64,000 nucleotides of DNA from the human T2T-CHM13v2.0 reference genome, Homo sapiens. Shown piece by piece: positions 42,017-57,449 of this stretch; position 1 is the first letter of the stretch, and every line of letters begins with the position of its first letter. The DNA is taken from NCBI RefSeq assembly GCF_009914755.1, contig NC_060932.1; one strand, 5' to 3'. Both the position numbers and the translations under genes were made by a program. The notes under the pieces were generated by a model. It ran no database searches. It was not told where the DNA came from and was given only the letters and a program-made list of their open reading frames with translations.

Positions 42017-45000
42017 GTATCACTAATAAAGGAACATTTTTTTCGTTGATTTTTCAGCTTGGAATTTCTCACATCATGCAGAGTATGGATACTCATTTCT
42101 GGAATTTTTAAAAGGTAACTTTTTTCTACCCTAACTCAGAAAGAAAACATTTCCCTGAGTTTAGTGAACTGTTTTTCTCAGCCACAAAAGTGCAGCCCTC
42201 GATGAGAGGGCGCTTGTGTGTATGTAAATATCAATGCCCACCCATTTTCTAGTCTAATAATGCTCCACCAGTCTCTGCATAATTAGCTTCTGTACTAACT
42301 GCTCATATTCTTTCTTCATAGTACTAACTTCTTTGTTTATTGCCTTAAGCATATTGATAATTATTTATTAGGATTGATCAGAATTCTGCTTTGTGTATTA
42401 TATGTAGTTCAACTTGTTGTCTTTCTTTTATAGTATTTGTATCCATCTGGTATTTAGATATTTTAGCTCACAAAGTCATATTCTGATACATGATAATATG
42501 ATGTATCAGCTACTATGTCTGGCAAAGTTTCTTGAGGAAGGACAGGAGACCAAACCCCAGTCTGGATCCCTTCCATTGAGATTAAGGAGAGAGGAGGGGA
42601 TCAGTGCCAGGGCAAAGAGCCCCAAGAACCGCAGAACCACTCTTTGCAATTCTGATTTGCAATCACTCCACTGACAACACATAAGGAAGATGGATGGAGG
42701 GAATACAATCTCCTGGGTTTTGATTCACCCTCCCTGGGGATTTGAAAAGAGAGCTTAGAGGAGAGAATGCCTGATGTGGCTCACCTGTGATCTCAGGCTT
42801 TGCACTGCCCTGGTATTACTCTATGAACACCAGTAATCTGGGGCTTTTGTCTTTAATTTCTGTTGAGTGCAGAAAGTGACGCTTGCCCCTAGACAGCTCA
42901 GGAAGAGACCAGACTATAGCTTAAAGCCTTTCTCTAAGCTTTCCTCTCACTGCTGTCACCAAGGTACAGACTGTGAGACTGAGGCCATCCTTCAACCAAG
43001 ATGTAGCTGCCCATCCACTCACAAGTCCAGACTGATTTCAGCCCTTTTTTTTTTTAATTTCTCAACTCCTCTTCTTTTTCCTTTCTATTGTTTCTTTAGG
43101 TTTGATTTTCAAATAGAGAACCAACAGTTCATACTGATTTTAATATCTTGATAGACATATATAATCTGGCATATTGATCTTCCTTTCTGGCTATTTCCTT
43201 TAACTCCTGCTATCTCAGATATGCATTAAAGGTCATTGTTATATTTTATTCAACACTGGGGGGCTTTACAATATAAGGGTTCGGGAATTGGCATGCTCAG
43301 AAATTATTGAAACCAGAAATCACTTTGATTTTTTTCAAATCTGTGAAACATATATCCTTATGCATTTGAATTGGCTACTTTTCTTTCACCCTTTGCCAAG
43401 TTTTCCATGAGATAGTTTTTAAAATCAACTTAATATTGCTTGGGTCATATGAGCTTCATGATAAACCCTATGATCATTAACATAAACAGGAATGTGGCAA
43501 AGAAAAAATTAAGAACCTCTGTCTCAACATGAAGCCATAAGGCAGGGTTTTGTTTTGTTTTGTTTCTAATGAGGTAGTGATATAATTATGGTTAAGAGTG
43601 TGGGCTTTAAAGTCAGAAATTCAAGTTGGATCATATGAAGGCTCACTCAGTTTTAAACTACATAAACTTCAGTTGGGTTCTTAATCCCTCTAAGCTTTAG
43701 TTTGTGCATCTGTAAAAGTGGCTAGTAATAATAGCTACCACATGCATTGATGTGAGAATTAAATTCTATAACGAGTGCTTAATACAGAGCTGATCATACA
43801 GCAGGTACCTAATTAAAAGCTACCATTATTTTTATTATGTTTATTGTGTTTTCTGACTTAGGAATATTGCAAAAGATGAATTAAGGTGTTAGACAACTCC
43901 TCTTTTTGTTTTTCCCTGTAAAGGCTCATCTACTCTCATGTCCTGCATTTATATTTATATTTGAAAAGTGACAAACCCCCTAGACGGGCAGATATTCAAG
44001 TATTATTTCAATGTAAACCCTCAGCTGCCTCTTTCAGTTTTACTGGTCTTCCCTATTATTTGCAGTTTCTGCAAAGTATGGTAATTTATATGAACCAGAA
44101 AGACTTTAGAGCCTTTTAAATCTATTGTATTTGTTTAGTCTGATAATGATTTGGAATTAAGATACCTATTTTCCAGGTTTAGCGATACTCTACCTATCTC
44201 ATGGGTTTTATATTAGGATCACAAGAAGTAACAAATGTTAAAGTGCACTGAAATTAGACTATACGAGTATCATAACAGCTACATAAAATAATGTTATAAA
44301 ATAGATAAAACTATGCCTGCATAATTTTGCTATTAAATATATGTTTAAATACATTAAGGATTTAAAACAAAAATTTATATATTACTGATTGGGGATAAGT
44401 TTGAAGAATTTATCTTGTTTCGTGATTGCTTGAGTTTCTATTGATGCTTTTGTATTTTGCTTTTGTAGATTTTATTAACATCATTTGAAAAATCTTTGGA
44501 TCATTTATTTAGATTTTTAAGATAGGGTTTAGGAGACATTTATTCTGGCCAAGATTGAATAACAGGGACTAATTCACACTCCTGCCTAAACAACAAAAAA
44601 CCTGGACAAAATATATAAAAACAATACTTCTCAGACATTCAACAACAGGAAGCTCATGATCCTGACTCCCAAAAGAAGGGAAGTAAGCAAGGTGAGGCTT
44701 GCGGTCATCTCTGTTTTCTGCTGCAGGCATTTAGTGAATTTTGGCACAGGAAGGAGTGAAGCAGGAACAGGGCCATATGAGGGAAAGTCCAGTGAGATCC
44801 AGAAGATGCAAAATTTAGAGAGATGTTTGCTGCCAGGGCCGTGCAGGCACAGAATTAGCCCAGAGGAAGAAGAATGTGGAGTCCTCCTTGAGCTGGGGAA
44901 GGTTAGGTGACAGGAATTCATAAGAAAGAGTCCAAAGTAAAAGGGATGATGCAGAAAAACAGTTCCAGATACCTGCATTGAGTACTCTTGACTTTCTGAC

Positions 45001-46396
45001 TGATTATTCAGTTCTGCAGGTATAGAGTGACCCCAAGTGAATGAGAAAGGAAACATTATACAGGGCAGAACATTACTGTAGATAACATTGGGCTGGTTGT
45101 GGATATTGAGTTCTAGCCAACCAGCTAAAGCAACCATGCTGAACAACCAGAACATTCAGTAGAGACCAAAGAGCTGTCATTACTTAAGAGGAGAACCAAA
45201 GTAGTTTTAGAGTAAAGGCTAATCCAAACTCATCCTAACAAACCTAAAAACAAGTTTCAAAAGGGTCAAGTTGTTCTGCAATTAAATTAACTGCCTACCG
45301 GAAGAAAATGTGACAATTTTTAAAAGAAGTTAACAAAACTAGACAAACAACATTATATTAACAATAATAAGCACCCAATTAAAATTAGTACAGAGGTGAA
45401 GAAGCAGAAAAATGTCACATACAGAGGAGAAAAATCAGTTAATAGAGTCAGACTAAGAATGACATAGGTGACAGAATTAGCAGTCTAAAGGAAACATTAA
45501 AATAATGAAGAAAGAAATAAAATTTTCACTAAATTTAAGAAGATTGAAATTAAACAGGCAATGTTTTCTGACTATACCAGATTCAAGTTAAAAATCAATA
45601 ACCAAAAGATACATGGAATATATCCAAACACTAGAACGTTACACACACACACACACACACACACACACCCCTTAATAACACATGGGTCAAATAATCACAA
45701 GAAACATTAAAAAAATTTCAAACTGAATGATAAGAAAGCACAATATATCAAAACATGTGAGACATAAGTAGAGCAGAGCATAAAGCAAAATGTAAAGCTT
45801 TAAATTACTGTTAGAAAAAAGACTAACATTAATAATCTAAGCTTCTGACTTCATAAACTAGAAAAAACAACAATTTGAATTTAATAATAAGTAAAAGAAG
45901 GAACTAATAAATGTAGAAGCTAAAATCAGTAAAATTTTTAAATTGAAATAATATAATTCTGTAAACTCCTTCAGAAAATATAAGTTGATACTTTCCAACT
46001 CATTTTATGAATCCATCATGACTCTGATAGCAAAATCAGACAAAGGCATTGCAAGAAAAGAAAACTATGAACAATACCACTGATGAACATGGACAAAATA
46101 GCCCTTAACAAAGTTGTCATGGAGAATCCAGTAATATGTATAGATGATTATATATTATAACTAAGTAGAATTTGTGAAAGAAGTGAGAGGTTGCTATAAC
46201 ATTGGAAAATCAAGCAATATAATTTATATATTAATGAAATATAAAGAAAATCATATGATTGTTTCAATATAGGAAGAAAATGCATTTGGTAAAATTAATT
46301 TCCTACTTACGTCACAAACTGTCAAAAACCCAAGCAATTTCAAATTGATGAAGACCATATATGAAAAATCTGCAGCTGAAATAATACTTCTTGGTA

Positions 46397-46491
46397 GGCT
46401 GAGGCAGGCAGATCACTTGAGGCCAGGAGTTTGAGACCAGACTGGCCAAAATAGCAAAACCCCATCTCTAAATTAAAATTTTTAAAAAAGC
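46397..46491 (+). mobile_element. Truncated Alu left monomer (FLAM-like)
   Basis: GGCTGAGGCAGGCAGATCACTTGAGGCCAGGAG...CATCTCTA flanked by the direct repeat ACTTCTTGGTA. Confidence 0.75.
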
Positions 46492-46908
46492 ACTTCTTGG
46501 TAAAATATATTTTTTCCTCTAAAATTGGGAACAAAACAAGAATGTCTACTAAACACTTCTAATAAATATTGTCCTAGGGTTCTTGGCCAGTTAAATATGG
46601 CAAAGAGAATAAATAAAAGACTTATAGATGAAAAATAAAGAAAAAAAAAGCTATTGGCAGGTGATATAATTATATATTAGAAAATTCTAAAGAATCTACA
46701 AAACAACAACTATATCTAATTAATGAATTTAGCAACTTTACAGAAACATCAATATACAGAAAAATTAATTGTATGCCTATATACTGGAAATGATTGGGAA
46801 AAAAATTTAAGAAATAACATTCTCAGTAACTTCAAAAAATCAACATAAATTTACATAAATTTAACAAAATATGGTCAAGATCCGTATGCTAAAATCTACA
46901 AAATATTT

Positions 46909-47209
46909 ATTTTTTCTTTTTTTTTTTTTGAGACAGTCTTGCTCTTGTCGCCTAGGCTGAAGTGCAGTGGCGCATCTCAGCTCACTGCAACCTCCACCTC
47001 CCTGGTTCAAGCAATTCTCCTGCCTCAGCCTCCTGAGTAGCTGAGACTACAGGCATGCGCCACCATGCCTGACTAATTTTTGTATTTTTAGTAGAGGCAG
47101 GGTTTCACCATGTTGGCCAAGCTGGTCTTGAACTCCTGACCTCAGGTCATCTGCCCACCTTGGCCTCCCAAAATGCTGGGATTACAGGCATGAGCCACTG
47201 CACCCAGCC
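46909..47209 (-). mobile_element. AluSx/Sq-like
   Basis: Reverse Alu, flanked by AAAATATT repeats. Confidence 0.95.
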
Positions 47210-48228
47210 AAAATATTCCTGAGAAAAATTATGAAAGATCTAAACAAATGGAGAGATATACCATGCTCATTAATTGGAAGTCTTGGCATTGTTCTAATGT
47301 CAATGTTTTCTAAATTGATCTATAGATTCAGTGCAATCTCAATCAAACTCTCAATGGAATATTTTCATAGAAATTGACAAGCTGATTTTAAAATTTATGT
47401 AGAAAATGCAAAGAACCTAATAAAGCTAAAAGAGTTTTGAAAAAAGAAGAAAGAACATAATAACAAAATTTAGGACTGTGATTTCCTGACTTCAAGACTT
47501 CTTATATGGCTACAATAATCAGGTCACTGTGATATGGTCATTATAGTAAATATATAGGCCAATGAATCAGAATAAAGAATTTTTAAGTTGATCTACACTA
47601 CTTTGTCAATCAAATTTTTACAAAATTGCCAAAATAATTTAATGGGGCAAAATAGTCTTTCAACAAATGGTGCTAAAACAACTGAATTGTATGGAATGCC
47701 ATACAAAGAAATAAATTTGACGTAAATCATAGTCTTACACACAAAAACTAAAACTAGAAAATTCCTGGAATAAATTTTCACTATCTTATGAAAGGCAATG
47801 ATTTCTTATGACAGGCAATGATTTCTTATGACACAATAAACACAAACCATAAAACAAATACATTGATAAATTTTATCAAAACTAAAACCTGCTCTGCAAA
47901 GCAGAATGTTAAAAAAACAGAAAAGCAAGCCACACACCTAGAGAAACAATCATTAATATTTGAAATACATATATCTGATGAAGTTCTTATATTCTGAATA
48001 TATAAAAAACTCCAGTAATTCAATTCAATTCAGATTACAAACCAATTTTTTTAAAAATATATAAAATATTTGAGTAGCAATTTTACAAAAGAAGAGAATG
48101 CCCAAAAGCTCATGAAAAGATGTTTAATAGCATTAGTCATTAGAGAAATGCAAATTCAAACTTCCATGAGACACTGTCTAGACTCGCTATAGGCTCTCTA
48201 GACTGGGCAATATTAAAAAGAAATAGAA

Positions 48229-50284
48229 TCTCCCGTCTCCCTCTCGCTCTCCCGTCTCCCTCTCCCTCTCCCGTCTCCCTCTCCCTCTCCCGTCTCCCTC
48301 TCCCTCTCCCTCTCCCGTCTCCCTCTCCTTTCCACGGTCTCCCTCTCATGCCGGGCCAAAGCTGGACTGTACTGCTGCCATCTCGGCTCGCTGCAGCCTC
48401 CCTGCCTGATTCTCCTGCCTCAGCCTGCCGAGTGCCTGCGATTGCAGGCGCGTGCCGCCACGCCTGACTGGTTGTCGTGTTTTTCTGGTGGGGACGGGGT
48501 TTCGCTGTGTTGGCCGGACTGGTCTCCAGCTCCTAGCCGCGAGTGATCCGCCAGCCTCGGTCTCCCGAGGTGCTGGGATTGCAGACCGAGTCTCATTCAC
48601 TCAGTGCTCAATGGTGCCCAGGCTGGAGTGCAGTGGCATGATCTCGGCTCGCTACGGCCTCCACCTCCCAGCCGCCTGCCTTGGCCCCCCAAAGTGCGGA
48701 GATTGCAGCCTCTGCCCGGCCGCCACCCCGTCTGGGAAGTGAGGAGCGTCTCTGCCTGGCTGCCCATTGTCTGGGATGTGAGGAGCCCTTCTGCCTGGCT
48801 GCCCAGTCTGGAAAGTGAGGAGCGTCTCTAACCGGCCGCCATCCCACCTGGGAAGTGAGGAGCACCTCGTCCCGGCCACCATCCCATCTAGGAAGTGAGG
48901 AGCGTCTCTGCCTGGCAGCCCATCGTCTGAGATGTGGGGAGAGCCTCTGCCCCGCCGCCCTGTCTGGGATGTGAGGAGCGCCTCTGCCCGGCCGCGACCC
49001 CGTCTGGGAGGTGAGGAGTGTCTCTGCCCGGCCGCCCCGTCTGAGAAGTGAGGAGACCCTCCGCCCAGCAACTGCCCCGTCTGAGAAGTGAGGAGCCCCT
49101 CCGCCTGGCTGCCACCCCGTCTGGGAAATGAGGAGCGTCTCCGCCTGGCATCCACCCCGTCCGGGAGGGAGGTGGGGGGGTCAGCCCCCTGCCCGGCCAG
49201 CTGCCCCGTCTGGGAGGGAGGTGGGGGGCTCAGCCCCCCACCCGGCCAGCCGCCCCGTCCGGGAGGTGGGGGGCGCCTCTGCCCGGCCACCCCTGCTGGG
49301 AAGTGAGGAGCCCCTCTGCCCAGCCAGGAGCCCCTCTGCCCGGCCAGCCGCCCCGTCCGGGAGGTGAGGGGTGCCTCTGCCCGGCCGCCCCTACTGGGAA
49401 GTGAAGAGCCCCTCTGCCCGGCCAGCCGCCCCGTCCGGGAGGGAGGTGGGGGGGGTCAGCGCCCCCTCCCGGCCAGCCACCCCATCTGGGAGGGAGGTGG
49501 GGGGGTCAGCCCCCCGCCCGGCCAGCCGCCCCATCCGGGAGGGAGGTGGGGGGCTCAGCCCCCCACCTGGCCAGCCGCCCCATCTGGGAGGGAGGTGGGG
49601 GGCTCAGCCCCCCACCTGGCCAGCCACTCCGTCAGGGAGGGAGGTGGGGAGGTCAGCCCCCCGCCCGGCCAGCCACCCGGTCCGGGAGCTGAGGGGCTCC
49701 TCTGCCCGGCCGCCCCTACTGGGAAGTGAGGAGCCTCTCTGCCCGGCCACCACCCCATCTGGGAGGTGTACCCAACAGCTCATTGAGAACGGGCCATGAT
49801 GACAATGGCGGTTTTGTGGAATAGAAAGGCAGGAAAGGTGGGGAAAAGATTGAGAAATCGGATGGTTGCCGTGTCTGTGTAGAAAGAAGTAGACATGGGA
49901 GACTTTTCATTTTGTTCTGTACAAGTACTAAGAAAAAGTCTTCTGCCTTGGGATCCTGTTGATCTATGACCTTACCCCCAACCCTGTGCTCTCTGAAATA
50001 TGTGCTGTGTCCACTCAGGGTTAAATGGATTAAGGGCGGTGCAAGATGTGCTTTGTTAAACAGATGCTTGAATGCAGCAGGCTCCTTAAGAGTCATCACC
50101 ACTCCCTAATCTCAAGTACCCAGGGACACAAACACTCTGCCTAGGAAAACCAGAGACCTTTGTTCACTTGTTTGTCTGCTGACCTTCCCTCCACTAGTGT
50201 CCTATGACCCTGCCAAATCCCCCTCTGTGAGAAACACCCAAGAATGATCAATAAAAATAAATAAATAAATAAAATTAAAAAAAA
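48229..50284 (+). mobile_element. Full-length SVA (SVA_D-like)
   Basis: CCCTCT/CCCGTCT hexamer head, antisense Alu-like domain, GC-rich VNTR (~48710-49765), SINE-R, AATAAA and poly-A. TSD AAAAAGAAATAGAA at 48215-48228 and 50285-50298, at a TT/AAAA L1-endonuclease site. Confidence 0.97.
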
Positions 50285-50839
50285 AAAAAGAAATAGAAAA
50301 TGATAATACTAAGTGTTGGAAAAGATGTGGAGCAACTAGGACTCATACACTGCTGGTAGAAGTGTAAAATGTTATAACCACCTTGGACAAGAGTTTGGCA
50401 GATTCTTACAAAGTTAAATATATACTTACCAGTAATTTCACTCCTAGATATTTGCCCAAAATAAGTAAAAACTTATGTTGACATCGAAAGACATGGACAC
50501 AAAAATTTATAGCCATTTTATTCATACTAACTAGTAACTGAAAATAATACAAATATCCATTAACTGGTGAATGGATAAAAATTATGATATATTTACACAA
50601 TGGACCACTACTCAGAAATAAAAAGAAATGGCATCACAATATGAATGAGTTTCAAAAACATTATACTGAGCAAAAAGCCAGAAACAATAGATTGTATAGT
50701 GTATCATTTCATTTATATGGCATTATAGAACAGGCAGTAGTAATCCATGATGGTAGAAATCAGATCAGTGATTGCTTAGATCTGAGAGTAGAGGGTTATT
50801 GTCTGCAAAGGGGCACAAAAGGAACTTTTGGAGTTGTAG

Positions 50840-52623
<1,784 letters not shown>

Positions 52624-55102
52624 GTGCTACATGTTAAGGTTCTATGAGTATACATATTTTATTTAAAAAATCATTGAACTGTAAACCTAAAATAATCACA
52701 TTTTATCATATGTAAACTATATCTCATATTTTATTTAAAACAGAAGTAGATACTGTTTTCAATGTTTTAAAATATTTAATCAAGACAAGCAAACAAATCT
52801 GATTAGAGCTCAGTAAGTGGAGAGAACATGATCACACTTTTTCTTTATATTGGATGCATTGATGTCCTCAGCATAAAGACTGTAAGTTTATTTAGTAATT
52901 CTTATCTATTATTTAAGGTCACACGGTTAATTTTTAAAGCTTCACATGACAACACTAAACAATAAACTAGTTTAAAAGTTGGCATCTGCATTGTGGATTT
53001 AATATAATAATGTGTGCTCATCATGACAAGCCAAACAATACAGAAATGTGTACATATATAAATAGTCCCTAACTCTCCTGTATGTGTGTCCAACCCTCCC
53101 TCTTCATTCCCAAACTTTTAGAAAAACAACAGAAGCAATTTTCTATGTGTTCTGCCATACCCTCTCCCTGTTATGTCAACACATACAAACATCCATTTAT
53201 ATTAAGAAAGGAAGAGAGACTTGAGCTAGCATGTGAGCACATGCAATGTAATTATTATTTAAAATAAAAAAGTTTAAGTTAATATTAACAAATTCAACTT
53301 ACAATTTTTTAAAGTTGCATAGCTTTCCAGAGACTGGTTGTACCACAACGTATTCAACCATCTCCATGTTGATGAACATTCAGATTTTCTTTTCTATTTT
53401 TGCTAATACTAAGGATGCTCAGAGTGCCAAGTTTATAGTTTATGCTCAACAAATATTTATGAATCAAGGACTGAATGCTGGAATAAATGTCTTTATTCTG
53501 AAATCCATAAGGAAAAGAGCATATCAGAAAACACTCTTTATCTCCTCCACTTCATTCTATTTGTGGCTTTCACTTAACCTTGTCATAGGCATTTAACAGT
53601 GAAAACAGAGATTTTCAATGTTAAAAAATTCAGCACCAAATCATACATGACATACCAAAGTTTGAAATGGAAGAAAGTGGAGTTGTCCTGGCTGAAATGG
53701 AGTGAAAGGGTGAGGCTCCACTCCAGCAACCCAGGGACATCTTGTCAAGTTCTGCAGAAGAGGATTTGAAGTCCAGTGATCTACAACTCAGTTAATTTAT
53801 CCTACTCTCCCATTACTATTTCTGAGGTCAATGCCTGAACTTGAGAGAATTCTAATGCTGTTTTAATGGCTATGAGGTTGTTTTTTCAGTGAAAATGCTC
53901 CCAGTAAAATCACAAAGATCTAAACCAGAGTTTTGGTTCTATTTCTTAAGCAATGTTGCTACTAATTGCTAAAATGAAAGGATGTGATGTATAAGCACCA
54001 TAAGTACTATGTAAATATTACATTTGACTCAGAATTTAGAAAGAAAATCATAATACTGTACCTTACTATTCACTATACATAATTTTGGAAAATGTGATGA
54101 AGACAGTGTTCAGTTTGAGTTAGTGCAGGAGATGCTATAAGTATGTATTGTGTTTCATATAGAACAAAAGTTGATGGCCTGTTAGTACATAAAGACAAAA
54201 ATTACTTGTCTATGCTTATATGATATAAACATAAAACGTATTTAAAATAGCTTTCTTTTTTTTTTTTGACATGTTTTCATCTGATAAAATAGCTTTCCGA
54301 TAGAAACTTCATTCAGTTTCAACTGGAGAACATCTAGATGTTTTCTTTACGCAGATCTGTATATTTCCTGATTCAGTTTCAGTGTGTATTTTCAGGGAAA
54401 ACGACTTAATTTAAGTATTGAAGAAGTATTTGCTGTTCAGCCATGTAACAATGATGTCCTCCTTACCACCGTTAGGAGGCTCTCGGACCTATCTCTGCAA
54501 AAGCTAGGAAAATTGAGTAAAACAGACGTGATCCCTATTCTCCTAGAAGTTTATAATTAGACTCTATACATACATATTGTCAATTATCTAGATTTGCCAA
54601 ATACAACAGTCTCCTGACAGCACCACAGCTCTGGCCATATTACATCACCCAGTGTAATTATTATTTAAAATAAAAAAGTTTATATAATGTATGGATTTTA
54701 TACCCTCAAAGCCACCCTTTTCTCTTCCACAGTGTTAAAGGGATTACACTATTTTTATTCATTCAACAAAGATATAGTACTTGTTGCTATGTGTCAACAC
54801 TGTTTTAGTGATGGGGATATGGCAAGAGAGCTTACATCCTAGTAAGCAAAGTACATATCATACACGCACAACAAATTAATATAATATTAGGTAGCGATTT
54901 ATTATATTGTCAAGGTAGAGATAAGTGACATGAAAACTACAGCATTTAATATAATGTCATTTAATATTAATATAATTTAATATATTAAATTTAATACAAT
55001 GTCATTTAAATAGGTCAGGTAGACATTAATATTTAATGGCATGAAAAAATACAATAGAATAGGGAAATAGAAATTGATGTGGGAGTGGCAGTGACAGATG
55101 CT

Positions 55103-55394
<292 letters not shown>

Positions 55395-56002
55395 GAGAGA
55401 TGCTCTTTTAAATAGGATAATCCTTGAAGACTTCTGTACATAATATCTGAATAAAATTGTGAATTAAGTGGGGTTACGTTATGTGAGGGTCTGCTGGAAG
55501 TACATTTTTCTTGGCAAGATGAATAGCAACTGAGTAAATGTTGAGAATACAAGTATGTTTTATTTCAAGAACAGTCAAGAGACTTGGTGTCTGGAACCAA
55601 GTGCTTAAAAGGAAGCACATAGGAGATACGTTCAGAGTCAGGCAGGGGCCACATCATGCAGGTCTTACACAGGGCAGGCATGATTTGGGATTTTACTATG
55701 AATGAAACAGGAAGTCATGTGGATGCTATACTATAGGTAGGCAAGAGTGGAAGCAAAACCAGCTAGGAGGCCAGTGCATAACAAGCTAAAGGGGATGGTG
55801 GTAGGCAGCAATGGAAGTGAGAAAAAGTAAACAGGTTGGGCTACATTTTGAAAACAGAGATGACAGAACTTGCTAATAGATTAGCTGCAGAGAGTGAGGG
55901 AAAGGAAAGAATGAATACTAAGTTTCTGACCTGTACAACTGGATGAATAGAGATGACCTTTACTGAGATGGAAAAGACTGGGGAAGGAGCTGATTGTGAA
56001 GG

Positions 56003-56317
56003 TTACTATGGATAGACGTCCCCTCCAAAACTCATGTTGAAATTTAATCCCCAATGTGGCAATATTGAGAGTGGGGGGCCTTTAGGAGGTGATTCACATG
56101 AGCTAGCATGTGAGCACATGCAGTCCCCTCAGCATGAGATGGCCTGCACCCGCCTCAGGATACTGCAGAGAGTTCCCACCAACAACAAGTCCTTCACTAG
56201 ATGTGGCCCCTCAACCTTAGACTTCTCAGTATCCATAATTGTAAAAAAAAACCAGTCCTTTCTTTATAAATTACCCAGTTTCAGTTCTGTTGTAAGCGAC
56301 AGAAAATGAACTAAGAC
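56003..56317 (+). mobile_element. MST-type MaLR LTR with internal deletion
   Basis: CCCTCCAAAACTCATGTTGAAATTTAATCCCCAATGTGG ... AAATGAACTAAGACA, homologous to the copy at 34732. Confidence 0.8.
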
Positions 56318-56889
56318 ATGGGGACAATCAATAGCTGTACTTAGGATTGTAAGTTGCCTGTCAGAAGATATGTCAGGTGGGCAGGTAGATATACAAGTCT
56401 GAAAACTGGTGAGGAGTTCAGAGTATTTAAATCTATAAAATTTGAAGAGAAACACAGGCCTCTGGTAGAGAAAAAAGAGAACACAACCAGCCGGGGCCCC
56501 AGGATGCTTCTACATTGACAGGATTGGGAGCTGCCAGTGCATAGGAGCCAAATTAGGCACGGTGCCCTGGAAACCATGGGAAGGAATTGTTCCAAGATGA
56601 AGAGATTGTTTGGCTGTATCAAAAACTACATTTTGGGTAAATGAAAAAAAAAAGACGTTGTTGCTAAATTTGTCAAGGTAAACAGTGATAATGAGAATGG
56701 TGAAGTGAAGAGGTGGGTTGGAAACCCTGACAGGAATGTGCTGAAGATAAAATAAGAGGTGAAGAAGGAGCAGCTAGCAGAACCAGCTGTTCCAAGATGT
56801 TTGACTAGAACAATGGACTGCAAAAAGTGTGATTCCTGGAGAGGTATTAAGAGTTAGGGATGGTTTTCTTTTGTTTTGCTTTATTAAGA

Positions 56890-57449
56890 AGTGAGGACTG
56901 CAGAACTCTCAGCATGTAATGACTCCATCCAAACGTTTGCACCAGGAGACAACCCAACTCTAGCATGGCTCCTAGCAGCATAAGGCCCTGTCTCCTGGAT
57001 GCTCCCTCCCCCTCCCCATGAAAATGTCTGCTTTTCTTAAAGTATTTTCTTAAAAGGGGTTACAACTGAGAATCCTTCCTCTTCTCTGTAAGATGTATAT
57101 ATGTCTCCCATAACTCAGGAGTGTCTTTCTCAAAGACAAGAATGCGCCTCAGGAAGAATGGAGCCTCTGTCTCCCAGTGTTTGTGGGAGGACGGAATCCT
57201 AACTTGGATAATTGCCAGGTGGAGTGCACAGCCGGCCCAATCGCACTTCCACTTGATCAACCTCTTGTAATTTTTTACTTCCCTGACTCTACTGAGCGTC
57301 TTCTCGCCCCCTCCCTACTCCCTTCACAACACCCAGTCACCTCTGCACAAACTGGAATTGAGCTCAGCCATTTCCCCTTTGTCAGCAATTACTGAAGAAG
57401 ATCTGTTTTCACTGTTTTGACTAATGTCTGACCTTGTTTATCTTTGACA
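56890..57449 (+). mobile_element. ERV1-class solo LTR (MER31/MER34-like)
   Basis: AACTCAGGAGTGTCTTTCTCAA, GTCTCCCAGTG..GTGGGAGGACGGAATCCTAACTT, end TTATCTTTGACA. Start is approximate. Confidence 0.55.

Larger units (their letters stand above)
44530..50835 (+). mobile_element. Old L1M element (decayed ORF2 and 3'UTR) hosting FLAM, Alu, SVA and L1PA insertions
   Basis: A-rich decayed L1 ORF2 motifs (AAATTGATCTATAGATTCAGTGCAATC, TCTTTCAACAAATGGTGCT) that continue across the nested insertions. Confidence 0.7.

Noticed and set aside
40352-42049. ORFs up to 279 aa in a GC-rich block
   Set aside because: They lie within a MER52 LTR and show no protein motif or exon structure.
47793-47832. 20-bp tandem duplication AGGCAATGATTTCTTATGAC
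   Set aside because: Ordinary slippage duplication within an old L1.
48452-50102. Pro/Gly/Arg-rich ORFs and a regularly spaced repeat array
   Set aside because: This is the SVA VNTR. It is neither a CRISPR array (no unique spacers, no cas genes, eukaryotic DNA) nor a gene.
54940-55040. AT-rich quasi-palindromic tract
   Set aside because: Low complexity, so self-complementarity is expected by chance.
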